From NCBI GenBank assembly GCA_036389795.1, contig DASVWD010000057.1, positions 22,681-86,680 on the forward strand: a DNA stretch of 64,000 bases, read 5' to 3'. The notes beneath the pieces were generated by a model. It was not told the origin of the DNA and did not search any database. It worked only from the letters and a program-made list of their open reading frames with translations. Below, piece by piece: positions 37,509 to 46,848 of the stretch. Each line of letters opens with the position of its first letter. Position 1 is the first letter of the stretch. The position numbers and the translations under genes are program-made. The DNA comes from Longimicrobium sp. (GTDB lineage: Bacteria; Gemmatimonadota; Gemmatimonadetes; Longimicrobiales; Longimicrobiaceae).

Positions 37509-38609
37509 TTGAGCGACGCACGTACCCCGCCCGCCCCGGCTTCGGTCCCCCGCCTGTGGACGGTGATCCTGGCCGGCGGCGTGGGCTCGCGCTTCTGGCC
37601 CGCCAGCACCCCGGCGCGCCCCAAGCAGCTCCTCCCGCTCGCCTCCGCGCAGCCGCTCATCCGCGACACCGTCGACCGCATCACCCCGCTCGTCCCCCCG
37701 GAGCGGCTGCGCATCCTCACCGGCGCTCACCTGGCCGACCCGATCCTCGCCGCGCTCCCCGAGCTGGGCCCCGGCAACCTGCTGCTGGAGCCGAGCGCCA
37801 GGGGCACCGCCCCCGTGCTGGCCTGGGCGGCGGCCGAGATCGAGCGGCGCGACCCAGACGCGGTGATGGTCTCGCTGCACGCCGACCACGTCATCCACCC
37901 CCCCGAGGCGTTCCGCGCCCTGGTCGCGCGCGCCGCCGAGCTGGCGGACGGCCACCGGCGGCTCTTCACCATCGGCGCGGTCCCCGACCGGCCCGAGACC
38001 GGCTACGGCTACGTGCGCCTCGGCCGTCCGCTCCCGCCGGCCGAAGGGGTGGCGCCGGAGGGCGAGCCGGGGTTCGAGGTGGCCGAGTTCGTGGAGAAGC
38101 CCGATCGAGAGAGGGCGGAAGGGTATCTCGCCTCCGGCGGCTACCTGTGGAACACCGGCCTCTTCGTCTGGCGCGTCTCCGACCTGCTGGACGAGATGGA
38201 GCGCGTGAGCCCCGAGCTGGCCGAGCTGGTCCCGGTGGTCCGCGCGGGGGGCACGGAGGAGTTCTTCGCGCGCGCGCCCACCATCGCCGTCGACCACGCC
38301 GTGCTGGAGCGCTCGCGGCGGGTGGGCGTGGTGCGCGCCACCTTCGCCTGGGACGACGTGGGCGCCTGGGACGCGCTGGCCCGCACCCGCGCGCGGCTCC
38401 CCCCCGACAACTGCGTGGTCGGCGAGGGATACGCCGTCGACTCGCGGGGGACCACCATCTACGCCGACGCCGGCCCGGTGGTCGCCTTCGGCGTCGACGA
38501 CCTGGTGATCGTGCGCACCTCCGCCGTCACCTTCGTCGTCCGCCGCGACCGCACGCCCGACCTCAAGCGGCTGTTGGCGGAGCTGCCGGAGGAGCTGAGG
38601 AATCTCTGA
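37509..38609 (+). CDS. Mannose-1-phosphate guanylyltransferase
   Basis: Sequence ILAGGVGSRFWPAS...; nucleotidyltransferase fold without a PMI domain. TTG start is uncertain. Confidence 0.85.
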   Translation: MSDARTPPAPASVPRLWTVILAGGVGSRFWPASTPARPKQLLPLASAQPLIRDTVDRITPLVPPERLRILTGAHLADPILAALPELGPGNLLLEPSARGTAPVLAWAAAEIERRDPDAVMVSLHADHVIHPPEAFRALVARAAELADGHRRLFTIGAVPDRPETGYGYVRLGRPLPPAEGVAPEGEPGFEVAEFVEKPDRERAEGYLASGGYLWNTGLFVWRVSDLLDEMERVSPELAELVPVVRAGGTEEFFARAPTIAVDHAVLERSRRVGVVRATFAWDDVGAWDALARTRARLPPDNCVVGEGYAVDSRGTTIYADAGPVVAFGVDDLVIVRTSAVTFVVRRDRTPDLKRLLAELPEELRNL

Positions 38610-38611
38610 CG

Positions 38612-38830
38612 GAAGTGCCCAGTCCCCAGTGCCCGGTGCCCAGGAGACAGTGCCGAGTGCAAAGCGCTAAGTGCTGGGTGCGCAGGATGTTGGATCACTG
38701 TACCTCACCTGGGGTCGCGTCGATCCCGACAGCCCCGCACGAACCCTGCGTGATGACCGCCCGCCGTTTCCTGGGCACTGGGCACTGGGCACTGGGCACT
38801 TCGCACTTCGCACTGAGAACTTCGCACTCG
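38612..38830. repeat. Repeat family B copy 1: inverted arms of tandem AGTGCCC/AGTGCGA heptamers
   Basis: Left arm GAAGTGCCC-AGTCCCC-AGTGCCC-GGTGCCC-AGG... Right arm is 8 tandem heptamers (GGGCACT x4, TCGCACT x2, GAGAACT, TCGCACT) ending 1 nt before the next ATG. Confidence 0.85.
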
Positions 38831-40060
38831 ATGCCCGACCTCCAGATCGTCCTCTTCGACGACGCCGTCTCCCGCAAGTGGGAGCCGTTTGCGCTCACCC
38901 GCCCCGGCGGCGAGCTGCTGTTCGGGGCGCTGACGCTGCGCGCGCGGACCGAGCGCGTCTTCGGCGGCCGGGCGGTGGCGCACCTGGCGGAAGACCACCT
39001 GCAGGGCTTCGAGGAAGAGGGCGCCCCGCCGGTGCGGCGCTTCGCCGACGCGCCCGCGGACGGCGACCGGCTCTTCGTCTCCGCCCGCGCCGTCTTCGCC
39101 TGGGGGAGCCGCGGGCTGCTGGAGAGGCACCGGGGCGCGGGGCCGGTCCTGATCGGCGGCGAGGTGGTCGGCTGGCTCGCGCCCGGGGGGACGCCCGCGC
39201 CCTCGCCCGACTTCTTCCGCGAGCCCGGCCGGCTGGCCGAGCGCAAGGGCGGCGTCTCCTTCTACGGCCGCGCGCTGGGCCCCGTCTGGGAGCTGATGTC
39301 CGGCAACGCGGAGCAGGTCGCCGCGGACGTCGCCGCCCTCTGCGCCGGCGCCGCGCGGCCCGAGCTCCCCCCGGGCGTCCACCGCTTCGGCGACCACCCG
39401 CTCGTCCTGGGCGAGGGGGTGCGGATCGAGCCCGGCGTCGTCTTCGACCTGCGCGCGGGGCCCGTCTGGCTGGACGATCGTGTGGAGGTGAAGGCGTTCA
39501 CCCGGATGGCCGGGCCGGCGTACGTGGGGCGGAAGACGATCGTGCTGGGAGGCTCGCTGGAGGCGTTCACCATCGGCCCCGTGTGCCGCATCCGCGGCGA
39601 GTTCGCCGAGAGCGTCTGCCTGGGGTGGGTGAACAAGGCGCACGACGGGCACATCGGCCACGCCTACCTGGGCGCCTGGGTGAACCTGGGCGCCGGGACC
39701 ACCAACAGCGACCTCAAGAACAACTACGGCAGCGTCCGCCTCTGGACCCCCGACGGCGAGACCGGCACCGGCATGGTCAAGGTCGGCTGCTTCCTGGGCG
39801 ACCACGTGAAGACCGGGATCGGGCTGCTGCTCAACACCGGCACCGTGGTCGGCGCGGGGAGCAACCTCTACGGCGCCGCCATGCCGCCCAGGTACGTCCC
39901 CCCCTTCAGCTGGGGCACCGGCGAAGACCTCGCCGCCTACCGCGTCGACAAGTTCCTGGAGGTCGCCGGGCGCGCCATGTCGCGGCGCGACGTCACGCTC
40001 ACCGGCGGGATGCGCCGGCAGCTCGAGGCGGCGTGGACGCGGGGGCGCGCGGCGGGTTAG
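38831..40060 (+). CDS. Putative sugar nucleotidyltransferase with a left-handed beta-helix domain (GlmU-like)
   Basis: Internal ATG (MPDLQIVLFDD). C-terminal hexapeptide repeats (GAWVNLGAGTTNSDLKNNYG...). Confidence 0.75.
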   Translation: MPDLQIVLFDDAVSRKWEPFALTRPGGELLFGALTLRARTERVFGGRAVAHLAEDHLQGFEEEGAPPVRRFADAPADGDRLFVSARAVFAWGSRGLLERHRGAGPVLIGGEVVGWLAPGGTPAPSPDFFREPGRLAERKGGVSFYGRALGPVWELMSGNAEQVAADVAALCAGAARPELPPGVHRFGDHPLVLGEGVRIEPGVVFDLRAGPVWLDDRVEVKAFTRMAGPAYVGRKTIVLGGSLEAFTIGPVCRIRGEFAESVCLGWVNKAHDGHIGHAYLGAWVNLGAGTTNSDLKNNYGSVRLWTPDGETGTGMVKVGCFLGDHVKTGIGLLLNTGTVVGAGSNLYGAAMPPRYVPPFSWGTGEDLAAYRVDKFLEVAGRAMSRRDVTLTGGMRRQLEAAWTRGRAAG

Positions 40061-40128
40061 ATTCTTTCGTCACCGTCCGCCCTCGCGCGGACGGCCCTTC
40101 CCCTTCAGCGGCACGAGAGCAGGGGCGC

Positions 40129-40950
40129 TTGCGGGTCACCATCCTGGGCAGCGGCAGCCGCGGCAACGCCGTCCTCGTCGAGGGCGGCGGCGTGCGGCTG
40201 CTGGTGGACGCCGGCTTCAGCGGGCGCGACCTGGAGCGCCGCCTGGCCGAGGCCGAGGTCGACCCCGCCTCGCTCGCCGCGCTCCTCGTCACCCACGACC
40301 ACAGCGACCACACGCGCGGGATGGGCGTGGCCGCGCGCCGCTGGAAGGTCCCCCTCCACCTCACCGACCGCACGCGCCGCGTCTGCCGCGAGCTGCTGGA
40401 CGGCAGCGAAGACGTGCGCCCCTACACCAGCGCCGAGCCGGTGGAGGTGGGCGGGCTCACGGTGACGCCGTTCCTCACCGTGCACGACGCCGCCGACCCC
40501 GTGGCCGTGACGGTGACCGAGCGGGAGACGGGCGAGAAGCTGGGGATCGCCACCGACCTGGGGCGCGCCACCGCCCCCGTGCGCCACGCCCTCCAGCGCT
40601 GCCACCTGCTGGTGCTGGAGAGCAACCACGACGAGCTGATGCTGCGCGAGAGCCACTACCCGTGGTCGGTGAAGGCGCGCATCGGGGGCAGCCACGGCCA
40701 CCTCTCCAACCGCGCCGCCGCCGAGCTGGCCCGCGAGCTCCACCACGAGGAGCTCTGCGCCGTGGTCCTGGCGCACCTGAGCGAGAACGCCAACGCCCCC
40801 GTGCTCGCGTACGACGTGGTCGGCGAGGCGCTCGAGCGCCTGCGCTACGCCGGCACCCTCGCCGTCGCCCCCCAGGAGCGCCCCCTGGAGCCCGTCGACG
40901 TCACCCGCCTCCGCCAGCTCCGCCTCCCCGCGCAGATGACGCTGTTCTGA
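40129..40950 (+). CDS. MBL-fold metallo-hydrolase
   Basis: TTG start (LRVTILGSGS). THDHSDH motif. 273 aa. Confidence 0.85.
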   Translation: MRVTILGSGSRGNAVLVEGGGVRLLVDAGFSGRDLERRLAEAEVDPASLAALLVTHDHSDHTRGMGVAARRWKVPLHLTDRTRRVCRELLDGSEDVRPYTSAEPVEVGGLTVTPFLTVHDAADPVAVTVTERETGEKLGIATDLGRATAPVRHALQRCHLLVLESNHDELMLRESHYPWSVKARIGGSHGHLSNRAAAELARELHHEELCAVVLAHLSENANAPVLAYDVVGEALERLRYAGTLAVAPQERPLEPVDVTRLRQLRLPAQMTLF

Positions 40951-40991
40951 CGGGCACGAAGACCTCCATCGGTCTATCCCACCACACGAAT

Positions 40992-41032
40992 GTCATCCCG
41001 AGGGGCGCGGTAGCGACCCGAGGGATCTACTC
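40992..41032. repeat. Repeat family F short copy
   Basis: Sequence GTCATCCCGAGgggcgcggtagcgaccCGAGGGATCTAC. Confidence 0.7.
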
Positions 41033-41298
41033 GACGGTTCCGGTGGACGGCGCGTCGCCGAGATGCCTGTCGCCGCCTCCGATTACCCGCTGTTCATCCG
41101 CACCTGAGCGACCTGCAGAAAGCCTCGCCCGACCGTCCTCCGCACCGACGCGAGGGCGGCGCGGGCGAGGCTTCGCCGCACGTGGCACGAATGGTCGACG
41201 TCCGTCTGGTGGAACGCGGCCCACGCGTTTAAGGTTGAACGGAGGGCCGCGACGGGAGCCGCGGCGCGGGCGGACACTCGCGAAGGGAGGCAGCCCCG

Positions 41299-41733
41299 AT
41301 GAGCGCGACGAACGTCCTGCGGGAGACCGCGGCGGACCACGGCTCCATCTGGAAGGCGGGCCTGGCGGCGGCGGTGCTGGCCATCGCCGCGAACGTGGCC
41401 CTCTACGCGGCGGCGGTGTCGCTGGAGGTCTTCCCCACCCTGACGCTCGCGCCGGACGCGTGGGGGATGGGCCTGGGGCCGGTGATCCTGGTCTCCACCC
41501 TGGGCGCGCTGGGCGGCACCCTCGTCTACGCCGCCGTCCGCCGCCGCGTCGAGCAGCCGATCCGCGCCTTCCTGGCCATCGCCGCGGTGGTGCTGGTGAT
41601 CTCCTTCGGCGGCCCGTTGATGATCCCCGGCCTCACGGCGGCGATGATCGGCGTGCTGGAGGTGATGCACGTGGTGGTCGCCGTCTGCACCGTCGGCTCG
41701 ATCTGGCGCTGGGAGACCGCGGCGCGGCCGTGA
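41299..41733 (+). CDS. Four-TM membrane protein (DUF6069-like)
   Basis: 144 aa with four hydrophobic helices. The family name is from memory. Confidence 0.6.
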   Translation: MSATNVLRETAADHGSIWKAGLAAAVLAIAANVALYAAAVSLEVFPTLTLAPDAWGMGLGPVILVSTLGALGGTLVYAAVRRRVEQPIRAFLAIAAVVLVISFGGPLMIPGLTAAMIGVLEVMHVVVAVCTVGSIWRWETAARP

Positions 41734-41770
41734 CGGACCCGTGGCCGCGCGGAAGGTGACGGGAGGAGGC

Positions 41771-41840
41771 GGGGAATCTCTCGGAGGAATCCGAGCTGTC
41801 TGAGCGCAGCGAGTTCTCGGATTCCGGAGAGAGATTCCCC
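41771..41840. repeat. 70-nt near-perfect palindrome (REP-like)
   Basis: Sequence GGGGAATCTCTCGGAGGAATCCGAG...CTCGGATTCCGGAGAGAGATTCCCC. Confidence 0.75.
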
Positions 41841-41890
41841 GCCGACGACCTCCGCGCGGAGAGCCGGCTCGGGGTCGTCGGACGAAAAGG

Positions 41891-41928
41891 CGAAGGGGCG
41901 GCTCCCCGCATCGGGAGCCGCCCCTTCG
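41891..41928 (-). terminator. Bidirectional terminator hairpin between convergent genes
   Basis: 16-bp stem CGAAGGGGCGGCTCCC / GGGAGCCGCCCCTTCG with a 6-nt loop. The minus strand continues CCTTTTCG, 20 nt after the dksA-like stop. Confidence 0.65.
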
Positions 41929-41948
41929 TTCGCCCTCGTCGAAACCGC

Positions 41949-42359
41949 TCAGGCCGCCTCGGCCTCTTCGCGGAGCTTGCAGTCCAGGCAGTAGCGAGCG
42001 TGCGGGAGCGCCTCCAGCCGCGCGAAGGGGATCTCCCGGTGGCACGAGTGGCACTTCCCGAACTCCTCGGGATCGTTGTACAGCCTGCGCAGCGCCTCTT
42101 CCACGCGGTAGAGGTAGCGCCCCTCCTTGCTGGCGAAGAGGAAGGTCTTCTCGCGCTCCATGGCGTCGGTGCCCTGGTCCGCCATGTGGAACGAGTAGCT
42201 GGAGAGGTCGTTGTCGGCGGACTCGCGCGTGAGCTTCGACTGCTCCTGGAACCGTCCGAGCGACCGCAGGGTCTTGTCGCGCTCCCGCAGGAGCAGACGC
42301 TCGATGGTCTCGAGCTGGGTCCGATCCATTCGTTCGTCTCGCGGCTGTCGTTGTGGCAT
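41949..42359 (-). CDS. DksA/TraR-family C4 zinc-finger protein
   Basis: Internal ATG. Sequence ...CHSCHREIPFARLEALPHARYCLDC. The coiled-coil region has acidic tip residues. Confidence 0.85.
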   Translation of the reverse strand: MPQRQPRDERMDRTQLETIERLLLRERDKTLRSLGRFQEQSKLTRESADNDLSSYSFHMADQGTDAMEREKTFLFASKEGRYLYRVEEALRRLYNDPEEFGKCHSCHREIPFARLEALPHARYCLDCKLREEAEAA

Positions 42360-42561
42360 CGTCGTGGACGGTAGGGCGTGGAGCAGGCGCGGTGGGGGGG
42401 TGGGTCGCGCCGGCCGCAACCGGAACAATCCCGTAAGATAACGGAATCCGCCTCTTCCGTACACCCCGCGGCGCCGGAAGTGCCGCCGGGAAGCGGAGTT
42501 CCGCACCGGCCGCGGCGGGAAGATACACCTGTGACGAAAAGCGGGAGCAGCCCGGCCCCCG

Positions 42562-42591
42562 CTTCACGCACTCACGCGCTCACGCGCTTCC
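42562..42591. repeat. Repeat family C-like copy (CACGC octamers)
   Basis: Sequence CTTCACGCACTCACGCGCTCACGCGCTTCC, abutting the rseP stop. Confidence 0.5.
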
Positions 42592-42596
42592 CCGGC

Positions 42597-43958
42597 TCAC
42601 CCGAAGTAGCGCTCCAGCAGCCGCACCACGTCGTTGCCGTTGGCCCACAGCATCAGCCCCACCACGATCACCAGGCCGAGCTGCGAGAGGCGGATGCGCG
42701 TCTCGATCGAGAGCGGCCGGCCGCGCAGCGCCTCGACGGCCAGGAACATCAGGTGCCCGCCGTCCAGGATCGGGATCGGCAGCAGGTTGAGCACCGCCAG
42801 GTTCACCGAGAAGAGCGCCAGGAAGGCCAGGAACGACTCCAGCCCGGCCCGCGCGCTCTCGCCCGACGCCTCGCCGATGGTGAGCAGCCCGCCCATGTTG
42901 CGCGCCGACAGCTCGCCGGTGACCAGCTGCTTGAGCGTGACCAGGATGAAGCGCGTGGTGGCCGCCGTCTCGCGGACCCCGATCCCGACCGCCTCGCCGA
43001 GCCCCACCCGCCGCCGCTCCACCTCCACCGCCCGGTACCCCGCCCCGATGCGCCCCACCTCCACCTTCTTCCGGTCGGCGTCGCGCCTCTCCACCCGCTC
43101 CACCGCCACGGTGAGGGGCACGCGCCGGCCGCCGCGCTCCACCACCAGCGGCAACGGCCGCCCGGGGCTCTTCTGGATCGTCGCCACCAGCTGCGTCCAG
43201 TCCTGCACCGGCGTCCCCCCCGCCTCCACCACGCGGTCGCCCTTCTCGAGCCCCGCGCGCTCGGCGGGCGAGCCGGCCTCCACCTGGTCGATCACCGGCG
43301 GGATCGGCTGGGTGAGCGAGGCCGCCAGCTGCATGCGCTTCTCCGCGTCGGCAGGCATCGGGAGCACCACCGGCGGGCCGTTCGCCAGCCGGAGCTCCAG
43401 GGGCCCGGCCGGGGCGGCGGCCAGCGCGGCCGTCAGCTCGCGCCACTCCGACACCGGCTTGGCGCCCACGGCCGTCACCCGCGCGCCCGTGGGGATGCGC
43501 GCGCCCACGGCCACCACGTCGGCCGGCGCGCCGGGGGCCACCCCGCCCACCGTGCTGGGCACCACCGGCTCGCCCCAGCCGAGCGCGAGCACCGCGAAGG
43601 TGAGCACGGCGAAGAGGAGGTTCATGATCACCCCCGCCGAGATCACCAGCGCGCGCGCCCAGATCGGCTTGGCGTCGAAGGTCCGCTCCGGGTCCACCTC
43701 CTCGGCGGGGCCGCCCCCCTCCAGCACCTCGGCGGCCTCGTCGTCCTCCATCCCCGCCATCTTCACGTAGCCGCCCAGCGGGATGGCCGAGACCACGAAG
43801 TCCGTCTCGCCCCAGCGGAAGCCCCACAGCCGCTTGCCGAAGCCCAGCGAGAAGCGCGGCACCGCGATCCCCACCGCCTTGGCCGCCAGCAGGTGCCCCA
43901 GCTCGTGGACCGTGATCAGGATCGAGAGGACGACCAGCAGCGAGAATATGAAGATCAC
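42597..43958 (-). CDS. rseP: RIP metalloprotease RseP (site-2 protease)
   Basis: GTG start overlaps the dxr stop (GTGA); GGGAGG Shine-Dalgarno. HELGH motif, PDZ region and LNLLPIPILDGG. Confidence 0.93.
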   Translation of the reverse strand: MIFIFSLLVVLSILITVHELGHLLAAKAVGIAVPRFSLGFGKRLWGFRWGETDFVVSAIPLGGYVKMAGMEDDEAAEVLEGGGPAEEVDPERTFDAKPIWARALVISAGVIMNLLFAVLTFAVLALGWGEPVVPSTVGGVAPGAPADVVAVGARIPTGARVTAVGAKPVSEWRELTAALAAAPAGPLELRLANGPPVVLPMPADAEKRMQLAASLTQPIPPVIDQVEAGSPAERAGLEKGDRVVEAGGTPVQDWTQLVATIQKSPGRPLPLVVERGGRRVPLTVAVERVERRDADRKKVEVGRIGAGYRAVEVERRRVGLGEAVGIGVRETAATTRFILVTLKQLVTGELSARNMGGLLTIGEASGESARAGLESFLAFLALFSVNLAVLNLLPIPILDGGHLMFLAVEALRGRPLSIETRIRLSQLGLVIVVGLMLWANGNDVVRLLERYFG

Positions 43959-45100
43959 GAGAGCGCCTCCCGTACGAACGTTTCCGTGGCCCGGCGCGCC
44001 CAGGCGTCGGCCTCCAGCACCTCCTGCAGCGAGGATGCCCGCCCGCCCGGCCACGCCTCGAGCGCGGCCTGGATGGCGCGGGCGATCCCCGGGAACGGCA
44101 GGCGCCCGGCCAGGAACGCCGCCACCGCCACCTCGTTGGCGGCGTTGAACACCGCCGGCGCCGTGCCCCCGACGCGCCCCGCCTCCACCCCCAGCCCGAA
44201 CGCCGGGAAGCACTCGCGGCGCACCGGCTCGAAGGTGAGCGGACCCGCCGCCACCGGGTCGAAGCGCCGGGCGGCGTACGGGAGCCGCTCCGGGTGGGTG
44301 AGCGCGTAGAGCACCGGCAGCTCCATGGTGGGAAATCCCAGCTGCGCCAGCACCGAGCCGTCCACCATCTCGACGAACGAGTGGATGATCGACTGCGGGT
44401 GCACCACCGCCTCGATCGCCGCGTAGGGCACCCCGAAGAGGAAGTGCGCCTCGATCACCTCCAGCGCCTTGTTGGCCAGGGTGGCCGAGTCGATGGTGAC
44501 CTTGGCCCCCATGTCCCACGTCGGGTGCCGGAGCGCGTCCGCCGGCGTCACCGCCTCCAGCCGCTCGGGCGGCACCCCCCGGAACGGCCCGCCCGACGCC
44601 GTCAGCACCAGGCGGGCGACGTCTTCCGGCGCCGAGCCGTGCAGGCACTGCAGGATGGCGCTGTGCTCGCTGTCCACCGGCACCAGCTCGCCCCCGCCCG
44701 CCCGCGCGGCCGCGAGCACCAGCGGCCCGCCGCACACCAGCGACTCCTTGTTGGCCAGCGCCACGCGCTTCCCCGCCGCGAGCGCCGCCAGCGTGGGCTC
44801 CAGCCCCGCCGCGCCCACCAGCGCGTTCAGCACCACGTCGGCCTCGGGGTGGGTGGCCGCCTCCAGCAGCGCCTCGCGCCCGGTCCGCCAGACGGTCGGC
44901 CCGTCCGTCCCCGCGGGGACCGGCCCGTCGGCGACCACGGCGAGCGAGGGCCGGTAGCGCCCGGCGAGACTACGCAGCAGGTCGCCGCTGCGATTCGCCG
45001 TCAGCGCCACTGCGCGGAAGCGCTCCGGGTGCTGGTCGAGCACCCGGAGCGCGCTCTTGCCGATGGAGCCGGTGGCGCCCAGGATCGCCACGCCCTTCAC
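43955..45100 (-). CDS. dxr: 1-deoxy-D-xylulose 5-phosphate reductoisomerase
   Basis: Motifs ILGATGSIG, LANKESLV and DSEHSAI. 381 aa. Confidence 0.97.
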   Translation of the reverse strand: MKGVAILGATGSIGKSALRVLDQHPERFRAVALTANRSGDLLRSLAGRYRPSLAVVADGPVPAGTDGPTVWRTGREALLEAATHPEADVVLNALVGAAGLEPTLAALAAGKRVALANKESLVCGGPLVLAAARAGGGELVPVDSEHSAILQCLHGSAPEDVARLVLTASGGPFRGVPPERLEAVTPADALRHPTWDMGAKVTIDSATLANKALEVIEAHFLFGVPYAAIEAVVHPQSIIHSFVEMVDGSVLAQLGFPTMELPVLYALTHPERLPYAARRFDPVAAGPLTFEPVRRECFPAFGLGVEAGRVGGTAPAVFNAANEVAVAAFLAGRLPFPGIARAIQAALEAWPGGRASSLQEVLEADAWARRATETFVREALS

Positions 45101-45101
45101 G

Positions 45102-45956
45102 TCACGCGCCCACCACCAGGCGGAAGAAGAAGTAGCCCACGGGGAGCGTGAAGAAGAGCGAGTCGAAGCGGTCCAGCGCCCCCCCGTGCCCGGGGAGGAG
45201 CCGCCCGGAGTCCTTCACGCCCGCGTCGCGCTTGAGCAGCGACTCCGCCAGGTCGCCCACCTGCGCCGCCACCGAGACCAGGACGCCCAGCGCCGCCGCC
45301 TCGGCGATCCCCATCCGCCAGGCCGGGAAGCGCGCGAGGAAGAGGGAATACCCCACCGCCGCGAGCGGGGTGCCGACGACCGCCCCCAGCGCCCCCGCCA
45401 CCGTCTTCCCCGGGCTCACCTTGGGGATCAGCTTGCGCTTCCCCCACAGCCGCCCCGCGAAGTAGGCGAAGGTGTCGCTGAGCCAGGTGAGCACCACGGG
45501 GAAGAGGAGGATCGCCGTCCCGTGCAGCGGACCCTCCACGCCGGGGAGGTGGCGGAGGAAGAGCGCGAAGAGGAGGAGCGCCGGGTAGACCGCGCCCAGG
45601 AAGGTGACGGAGATGGAGAGCAGGGGCTCGCCCGCCACCCCGCGCATCCAGATCGCCGCCGCCAGCGTGGCCAGGAGGACCACGACGACGGCCGCGCCCA
45701 CCAGCGGGTTGTCGAGCCCCGCAGAGGGATCGACGGCGGCGGCGGCGATCAGGAGCGCGGCCCCGGCGAGGCCGACGGGAGCGAGCGCGAACGCCCGCTT
45801 CAGCTCGGCCATGCGGAACAGCTCGCGGGCGGCGAGCACGGCCGAGAGCGCCAGCAGCGCCGCCAGCGCCCAGCCGCCCAGGTACATGGAGCCGACGGCA
45901 ACGGGGATCCCCACCGCGGCGACGGCCGTCCGCGTCGCAGTCTCGGAGCGCGCCAC
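45102..45956 (-). CDS. cdsA: Phosphatidate cytidylyltransferase
   Basis: Multi-TM. Sequence SPGKTVAG...KRDAGVKDSG.LLPGHGG.LDRFDS. Confidence 0.93.
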   Translation of the reverse strand: MARSETATRTAVAAVGIPVAVGSMYLGGWALAALLALSAVLAARELFRMAELKRAFALAPVGLAGAALLIAAAAVDPSAGLDNPLVGAAVVVVLLATLAAAIWMRGVAGEPLLSISVTFLGAVYPALLLFALFLRHLPGVEGPLHGTAILLFPVVLTWLSDTFAYFAGRLWGKRKLIPKVSPGKTVAGALGAVVGTPLAAVGYSLFLARFPAWRMGIAEAAALGVLVSVAAQVGDLAESLLKRDAGVKDSGRLLPGHGGALDRFDSLFFTLPVGYFFFRLVVGA

Positions 45957-45971
45957 GGTCAGTTTCCGGGG

Positions 45972-46715
45972 TCAGGTCGCCAGGACGCGGCCGAAGCGCC
46001 GCTCGCGCCGCTGGTACTCGAGGAGGGCCGCGAAGAAGTGCTCGCGCGTGAAGTCGGGCCAGAGCACGGGGGTGACGTACAGCTCGGTGTAGGCCAGCTG
46101 CCAGAGCATGAAGTTGGAGATGCGCAGCTCGCCCGAGGTGCGGATCAGCAGGTCCGGCTCCGGGTCGGCGGCCGTGTAGAGCTCCCCGGCGAAGAGCTCC
46201 TCGTCGATCTCCCCCGGCATCAGCGTCCCCTCGCGCACCCGCTCGGCCAGGCTGCGGGCGGCCTGCACGATCTCGGCGCGCGAGCCGTAGCTGATCGCCA
46301 GGTTCAGCTTGAGCCGCCGGCCGCCGCGGGTGAAGTCGACCACGCCCTGGATCGCCGCGCGCGTCCGGGGGGAGAGCCGGTCCAGGTCGCCGATGCAGTG
46401 CACCTCGACCCCCTTCTCCTTGAGCTCGCGCCGCTCGCGCCGCACGTACAGCTCCAGGAGAGCCATCAGCGCCGCCACCTCGCGCGCCGGGCGCCCCCAG
46501 TTCTCCTGCGAGAAGGCGAAGAGGGTGAGCACCTCCACCCCGGCGTCGGCCGCCGCCTCGACCGCCTCGCGCACGGCGCGCATCCCGGCGCGGTGGCCGA
46601 ACTCGCGGGGGCGGCCGCGCTCGCGCGCCCAGCGCCCGTTGCCGTCCATGATGACGGCCACGTGGCGCGGGACGGCGCCGTTCAGGCGGATCTGCTGGAG
46701 GAGGTCGGAAGGCAT
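45972..46715 (-). CDS. uppS: Isoprenyl transferase (undecaprenyl diphosphate synthase)
   Basis: Internal ATG. Sequence HVAVIMDGNGRWA...RTSGE.RISNF.LWQ.AY.EL. Confidence 0.95.
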   Translation of the reverse strand: MPSDLLQQIRLNGAVPRHVAVIMDGNGRWARERGRPREFGHRAGMRAVREAVEAAADAGVEVLTLFAFSQENWGRPAREVAALMALLELYVRRERRELKEKGVEVHCIGDLDRLSPRTRAAIQGVVDFTRGGRRLKLNLAISYGSRAEIVQAARSLAERVREGTLMPGEIDEELFAGELYTAADPEPDLLIRTSGELRISNFMLWQLAYTELYVTPVLWPDFTREHFFAALLEYQRRERRFGRVLAT

Positions 46716-46770
46716 CGCGAAAAGATGGACCGCGCCGGGCGGTTTGTCAAAGCAAGTGGTTGATGAAAAA

Positions 46771-46845
46771 GAAGTGCGTGAGTGCGAAAGTGCGTAACGG
46801 CGGGGCCGGGAAACGCACTCACGCACTTCCGCACTCACGCACTGC
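46771..46845. repeat. Repeat family C copy with both arms (octamer hairpin)
   Basis: Sequence AAGTGCGT-GAGTGCGA-AAGTGCGT ... ACGCACTC-ACGCACTT-CCGCACTC-ACGCACT, between uppS and frr. Confidence 0.8.
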
Positions 46846-46848
46846 GGC

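Noticed and set aside
38770-38830. Tandem short repeats as a possible CRISPR array
   Set aside because: The units are 7-9 nt and contiguous with no spacers. The arrays are under 70 nt. No cas genes are present.
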